64,000 nt of DNA. Source: Tubiluchus corallicola (lineage: Eukaryota; Animalia; Priapulida). The notes beneath the pieces are model-generated. The model saw nothing but the letters and a program-made list of their open reading frames with translations. It had not been told where the DNA came from and did no database searches. The position numbers were made by a program, and so were the translations under genes. Of this stretch, positions 48,112 to 64,000 are shown piece after piece (the stretch's first letter is position 1; the number at the start of each line of letters is the position of its first letter). The stretch spans positions 124,001 through 188,000 of the forward strand of contig JAQGDQ010000321.1 in assembly GCA_030141605.1 (NCBI GenBank), in the 5' to 3' direction.

Positions 48112-51100
48112 GCAAACGATATGTTTTCATTATTTCTCACAGTTGCCAAATCAACATTTAAACATTTAATACATATGGGTGACATACTTCATTGAATTTT
48201 GCATTGTTTATAAAACTCACACTTTTTAGCCTAATTTGTTGTTTTATATCTTCCTAAAGCTTGGAACATTTTGTTTCTACTATAGTAGCACTCTATAGGA
48301 ACTAAAAATTGCTGTTAATTAAACATGTGGGTGACGTGTCCATTTGTATTTACAGGAAAGTCAATTGGGATTTAAGAATATCAGAGTTAACCAGATCTGT
48401 TTCAAACAAAATGACTGTTTATCATTTAAGGAACATAGTTTGCATAAAATTGCATCATAAATGTGAATTTAGTACTGTACTGTAGTTGTTAATGTCAAAT
48501 GTCTTTATAGATGATTATTTGGTGTTTGGTGCACAATTTGCAGTTTGTTTTAAATTTTCATTTAGCAGAATTTTTCCTAACACATCATCTCATTTGGAAT
48601 TTGCTACTTGGATGAGTTCTTGCAGTTTTAAATTCCTTGTGATGCTGTCTTAGTTAGACACAAGTGTATCTTTATCTTAATGTTGTCAGGGTTTCTATCG
48701 AAGTACAGAGAAAATAAGCACATAATTATTGTGTATTTGCAACTGCATAACTATTCCTTTATTCTCTAGATTATATAATAGCTGTGTTCCACAAGTGATG
48801 CATTTTTTAATTATTTTGTCAGAAGTTAATTATGTTTTATGGAACTTTTGCAAGAACACAGCAAACTTGAATAACTTTCAAAAAAATAAAGAAAAAACAT
48901 CATGATGTCAAGTGAAACTCATCATTACTGTAATATAAAGAAGTAGGCAGATAAAGTAATATACATGTCTAACATGTATACATGTTTATACAGATAAAGT
49001 AATATACACGGTCTTTCCTCTCACAGAACCAGATGAAAATTCTTTGCTTCTGTACTATAAAAAAAGTCAGCTGTATATTGTTAGGTCTGTATATTGCAAA
49101 TGAATATAAAAAAATTCACATTCTGGGAGAATTTAAAGCATAGCAAGTTTTTTGTCTAAAAATTCCAGTCACTTTTTCACCAGATTTTTGATAAATCAAT
49201 TAAATGAAACATTTGTGTTACTGGGCTTGAAAAATGTAACAATATGCTGGGGTTGTAATACGTGTATGTGCATTGTTATTATGTATCACGTATTTTTAGC
49301 TAGGTCTATGTTGTTTGAGAGATACAATAGTTCATATCCATATTTAATGTGGGTCAACCTGCAATAGAACCATTAAAGGTTATTCTTTTGCACTTGATTG
49401 TGTTTCTGTGTAAAGGCACACACATTCATATAATTCAGAAAAAAGTGTGATATACCATTTTGATATAATAACATTAATTGTTGTGTTCAGGCTGTACTTA
49501 TACATTCTCCACAGTTTAATTGTTAAGGGTGTTACTTGTACTTATGCTCATGAATATCGCCATTTATGATAACTGTGGCCATTATAAATCATAGCCTCAG
49601 GTACTTACTTTGGGAAACAATACTGTTCTTTATTACATTGTTACATGATTCTTCTATAGGTAATAATAACTCAGATCCAGTTATTCTAGGATATCTTTTC
49701 ATCATTGTAATGTGTTCACCCACTGCCTGATGAATATACAATCACACAGGCTTTCACTGACTCCAAACCCTTAAGTTTCTAAACAGAAGCCCTCTTTGTA
49801 TTGCCTTTTAAATTATGTATACGTTAATGTAAGAAAACGTAATACCGTACTACATTTAGTTTATGCATCATTAACAGGCGATGATGAAAACATTTATTAG
49901 TTTTATGGAAAGAGATTTATTTTACAAGTGATATGAGATCAGATAAATTTCAGGAAGTATCCCATTAAACGTGCAAAAGATTATCAGACATAATTTGCTA
50001 TTCAGGCATCACATTTGTTACTTAGTAATGGGTCGAAGTGATATAATGCAGTATGTTCACTATGTTGATATTTATTATAAAAGCAATGTAATTTTTATTT
50101 TGAAACTGTAGCAATTCGTGTTCAAAGGCATATATTTGAGGTGTCGTTCTACAAGTACAAACTGGATATTAAATTAGTAATTTGCTGTATATAGTTACCT
50201 GTTACAGTATCATATTTTTCTCATGCATTGAGAGCATGTACCTCTCGCTTAATGAGTTCCTGTTTTAATTTTTGTTACATAATTACATGTATTTGCATTA
50301 AATTTTTATGTTCTTGTATCTTAATGTGTTGTGCACTAAATTTTGCAGCTGTGTTCGTTTTTTGAGTGTTTTGTTCCTACAGTTTTAGAACTATACTTTT
50401 AAACTCTAATGGTATATCAGTTTCATCGATTGTAAGTTGATGTAAAGCAAATTTGCAAAGGTATAATTTTGATACTTATCACCAGATGTTCTAAAGTCAA
50501 AACTTCATCAGATTTTGTGAATTGTATCCAAACGTGCAGATATGCATTTTACATGGTCTTACATGACCAAATTCTAATGCATGAGATAGTCACAAGTTGA
50601 ATAATTTATTTTGGTTTGAAGCACAGAGACTAGTTGTATTACATGTGTAAATGATGCGTTGCATTTTTATTACACTGACCAGATAGAAATTAATGGTTGT
50701 ATTTGTTTTGACCCTTCTTCTAATGTGTTGGTAATGGATCAATTGCAAATTTTTAATAATCCATTCTTCCTATTCATTTTTGTGGATTCTTGTTGTTGTT
50801 GTTTACATGTTTTATTTATAGTTAGATGATTTATTTTCATGTAATGAATTAATAATTGTTGTTTTGTGTATGCTGTAAAATGCGTGACTAGATGGAAAAC
50901 ATTGGTACTGAATAGTGACCATACAGGGAGTAAGTATATTGATGTTCTATGTTTGAATTATATATAAACACAGCAAACGTTCCTATGTACAAGAAAATCA
51001 GACCTTGGTAGAATTCTGTGTACTGTATAATATTAGGCACATGTGCATGCTGTACATAGCAGATCAATAATAACAACTGCGTGTTAAAAATGTTGTTACT

Positions 51101-51231
51101 ACCACTTTTTTGTCTAATAAACACTAGGAGCAGTTGCTGTGTTTAGTCAAGAAAACGTCAATCTTTAAATCATTCCATTTTGTCGTCTAATGAGATACCA
51201 GTTTCTGTTGCTGTAAAATTGCATGTGTTGA

Positions 51232-51415
51232 AATAAAATGACTTAAAAATAAGATAAATGAATTCGTTTCTGGTGAAGTCTATGTTTTGTCTAGCAGCAC
51301 AAAACACAGTAACTCATTTTTCTACTCAAGTTTGTATTGTGTTGAACGTGTCATCAGAATTTCAACAAAAATAAGCAACTAACAAGTAGTTAAATTTCAA
51401 CATTCATGATTTATT
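51232..51415. terminator. Candidate convergent poly(A) signals: AATAAA (+, 51232-51237) for PCM1 and AATAAA (-, 51410-51415) for the ABCC gene
   Basis: The hexamers sit where strand bias flips from T/G-rich to A/C-rich on the + strand. Other AATAAA hexamers exist, so usage is inferred. Confidence 0.45.
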
Positions 51416-54400
51416 ACAAGAAGACAAGTATGTACAATATTCTTACAAAATCAACGATAATTAATTGTTTACTTGCTACTAGGATACAGCTTGTCTATTA
51501 TAAGCATGAGTATATTTATACATTACCTAAGAATGAATGGAAAAAAGAAACCGTCTGTACAAAAGTGAGCACACACTAAAGCAAACAAACTGCAAAAATA
51601 CGTCACGAAAAAGACATAAATAGCTAATAAAATTACACTGATATGTACAGCGGATCACTTGCTGTACTTACGAAAGCTTTATGGCTATTTTTGCATATAT
51701 CCAAACATGGGGTTACTACAAACCAAAACTAAAAGTACAAGATTTATAAAGGGTTGGCAAAAGTGTGTGGTATACTTTGCACATATATACAATTGCCATT
51801 GCAATATGAAAACTGCTATCTACTCAAAAATGATTGCAGAGCAAAGGAATATTGAAAAGTTCTACGAAACAGATTAATATGCTGGCCTCGCTACAGTTTT
51901 GCTTTGTGATTGTCAATTGCGGCCATTGCTAATGGCGATCAGTTAGTTATTCACCGTTTAGAATTTTATATCTGTACATAACGTTTCTGTGTGTAATTTA
52001 TAATACAACATACGCACAATAAATCTTTGCATATCAACAATGCATTTGCTCACAACTGACCTAGTAACTAAAGCACTAATTCGAAATAACAGCTTGCGAA
52101 AAAGTACACGTGACTTAAAATCCCCACGCTAGTACCACTTCAGCTTGAAATGATGTACACAAAGTAGTGTACGTGTACACTAACAAGCCTGTAAGAAATG
52201 ACATGTAGTACCCATTCATAGCAATATGTAATGTCCACATGAAATGCCTAATAAGTTGAATAAATTCTGCAGTTTGCCACAGCTCACATTAGTTTACAAA
52301 AAAGTTTTACATACACAAAATCATCATACAGATTTCATTTTTGCATAATAATGAAGTCAATATCTCTTGCAAACGCAATTATCAAAGAGCAACTAAACTG
52401 AAGTTTTCTTAAATAAAACAGATTATTAGAAATGCCATAAATCATAGGAAAATATTGTTAAATGGTAACATAGAGAATTTCCGAAAGTAAAGCACCAACT
52501 ATTACTAAGCAGAGCACACGGAATATTTACAAACGTTACTAACAACGATATAATTTTTACAAAACCGTACATGAGCCTCGTGTCGCAGAAGCGTGGCTAT
52601 CGAGGCAGCATGCATAATCTACTGTTTACTAAACAGCAGCAGTTGCGCGGCAGTGCAGTGCTGGTTGCAATGATCAGACAATCATTTTCAAATTCCACAA
52701 CAAACTCTAGCTAAATCAGTTCAAACAACAAACACGTATATAGTCACCCGTTCTTTCACCGGTATTAAACTGTCCACTGAAATCACAAAGTAGTTCACTT
52801 GTTATCAAAACAAAGAACTGTGGGTAGACAGTGTCATTTTTAGGCAATATGACGTTTCTAAAGAAATTAAATTAACGAAATGATGTGTAGTAGTAATGCC
52901 TTTTTACAACATCTTCGCCTAACTACAGAATTTACTGTATAAGGTTCCAAGTATAAGAGTCCAATACGTACAAAAAATTCTCTGAAAAAAGTTCGTTACA
53001 ATCATTCAACATAAGCCATATTTTTCGTCTTAATAGGACAAAACACCAATAGTCTGTTTGCTGGAAAATAATAGATTTGTGTAACGTGTGGTACAATTTA
53101 ACCAGAAATCAAGTGTCCCGGTAGCAGTCTTAACAAGAATCCACGATACTATAAAGGAACAGCATACGACATAGAGTCTGTTATGAAAGGCATTCTAACA
53201 TCGTCAATTCAATGCAGCAAACGAGTCTTGCACACTGACACTTGGGAAATTTTGCCAAGTCTCCAAACTAAACAGTTGCATTCAAGCGAGATGTGGTGCA
53301 GCAAATTGCTTTCATCATAGCAACGGTTATGCAAAATATAGTGACAACGGTTTGCAACATTAAAGTAGTTCATTGCAATGCACAATTTTGCTGCAAATAG
53401 ATGCACTAGGTTTGTAAGAAAAACATATATAATGGCCCAACTTCTGCATAGCTTTAAACTGTTTACCATGCATTATTAACAATATTATCCAAAAAAAAAC
53501 AGTTTGTTTGTTTAGCATCACGGAAGTTGGACAGATAGTGACACAGACTAATTAGCAAATGAAGGCAGTTTAAGGTATCTAAATAAAAAGAAAACAACTA
53601 ATTCTGAACGTTGAAATAAAAAACTTTCGTAAAACAGCTCAATAATTCTAACACCCTGTTGTCATAGTATTGCATCGGCGGACGGGAAGCAGCGATCTAG
53701 CACAGTTTATACATTTTATGTACAAGATTACTACTTATCACGATATGGACAATGGACGATATAATTTTCGTCACCTATTTACAATAATATGCAACAAAAC
53801 AAATCAATGCTATAAGAATATATATATATATATATGCGAGATTCATCTCAGATTTACATAAATACGTTAATAATAATTAAAACCTGCAAGTGGAAGGTAC
53901 CCACACCTGATTAAAATCAATCCTTATCAACAAAACGATTTAATACCCGCCAAACTCTAATTTAAAAATCACTAAACCTGATTTGAATTTCTACAATGTA
54001 AATCATTTTTAATAATCAGTATTATTTGTTTAATTCAAACACGAATATGAAAACAGTTATACGTCCAACAAAAATATTGAGAAACTGGTTTCAAAATTTA
54101 AATTCTCTGTCAAATGCGCAATAAATTCCAAGCTCGATAAAATGTATGACCACATTTTAATATTTGTCCTAATTTTACACGTGCTTCAATCACTGTGTGG
54201 CAGAATGAATTTAATATGATAGAAAAATAATTCTTGAAATTATACAACAGAAATTCAGGTGCCATAGTGGCGTCACTCAGCTAAGCATATCACTACTCGA
54301 AATCATAAAAGACACCAGACACAAACAAGGATAATAATCGGACAGATTTTTGTCCTTTCTTAACAGATTTGTTTGCAACTTTGAACATTTGATGCAATTA

Positions 54401-55147
54401 AAAAGAATCTATCAAACTTGGATCACCACCAAGAGCTAATAACACTATGTACTCAGCTCTACTTTTCACTGATATGACTACAAACAATTTTGGTTGCACA
54501 ACAAAAACAAAAACAACTAATTTGCTACACATGCTCAGAAAAACACGTGAATTGCTTAACCCATCCCACAAGTAATGGCTTAAACTACCAAAATACCATG
54601 CATTATAGAGTTAAAAGGCAAACATTGGTTATTAATCTCTGTATCCATAACATAATCTTGCAGTAACAATATTCAGTACAATAATATGGCTATACAATGC
54701 ACATAATGTACTACACAAAAACAATTCCCTGTTGGACACCATGTTTAACCATATATTTACTTTATTATCACAAGGTGCAGCTGACTGTAGCTTTGGCCTA
54801 TGGAGAGATGAATCTCTTTTATAGCATAAGCACAACCTCAAACAAATTACCTAAATTCACTTCTACTATCCGAGAAAGACTCTATCCATCACAAGTTAAG
54901 AAATTTCCTATAAACCACTCAAATGGCCAAACAGTATGCAGAAAAAGTGCAAAAAGTCAAGACGTGATGACTGACACTCTTCTTTGCTCTGGAAGATGTT
55001 CTTACGTCGAATACTTAATACTATAAATTCCATTTATATCTCTTACACACGAGTTTCATTAGGTGCACAGAATTATCTACAAGCACATTTAACGATATGT
55101 ACAGTGTTGTATCTACAATGTCATCTTTCCCAATCATCTGCCAGTTG

Positions 55148-63715
<8,568 letters not shown>

Positions 63716-64000
63716 CTAAATAAAAAATGGTTAAGATTTCTTATGATTTTTTTCAATTTTTTTACTACATATTAACAGTCATAACTAAGCAACATAACTA
63801 TAATAAAAAATTACAAAGCAAGAAACAAACATCTGTTAAATATTCAACGTAAAGTTTAGCCATCAGTATACGATAGTTTTAAGATTCTGCTCTAACTTGA
63901 AGATGAACAAGTATGAAGTTACACTGTTAACGTAATTAGCTAATTACACTTACGCAGAAAGAGAACGGTCATGATGCCGCCCACATAATGACTCTAGAGA

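Noticed and set aside
51416-55147. Alternative SUR2A/2B-style last exon
   Set aside because: No second HR-initiated exon with an acceptor was seen by eye.

Overview
This is AT-rich, intron-rich animal (probably invertebrate) genomic DNA, not prokaryotic. Four protein-coding genes could be assembled by hand from GT-AG boundaries and phase matching. (1) A 5'-partial, 13-exon + strand gene (267-23831) for an uncharacterised low-complexity protein with an EF-hand-like C-terminal domain. (2) A - strand coiled-coil gene (34284-24691) with an RFX X-box upstream and an apparent pair of duplicated, mutually exclusive exons, one with a GC donor. (3) An intronless PCM1 (pericentriolar material 1) ORF (43447-48111). 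(4) The 3' half of a SUR-type ABCC transporter gene (- strand, 63715-55148). Introns and intergenic DNA hold a 37-bp palindromic tandem array, CR1/L2-group LINE relics (one with a 2A/StopGo-like GDxxxNPGP leader), pogo/Tigger, Tc1-mariner and hAT-type MITEs, tRNA-derived SINE pieces, Helentron-like elements and microsatellites. No CRISPR array, rRNA or intact tRNA gene was seen. Coordinates were read by eye, family calls come from remembered motifs, and no database searches were run.
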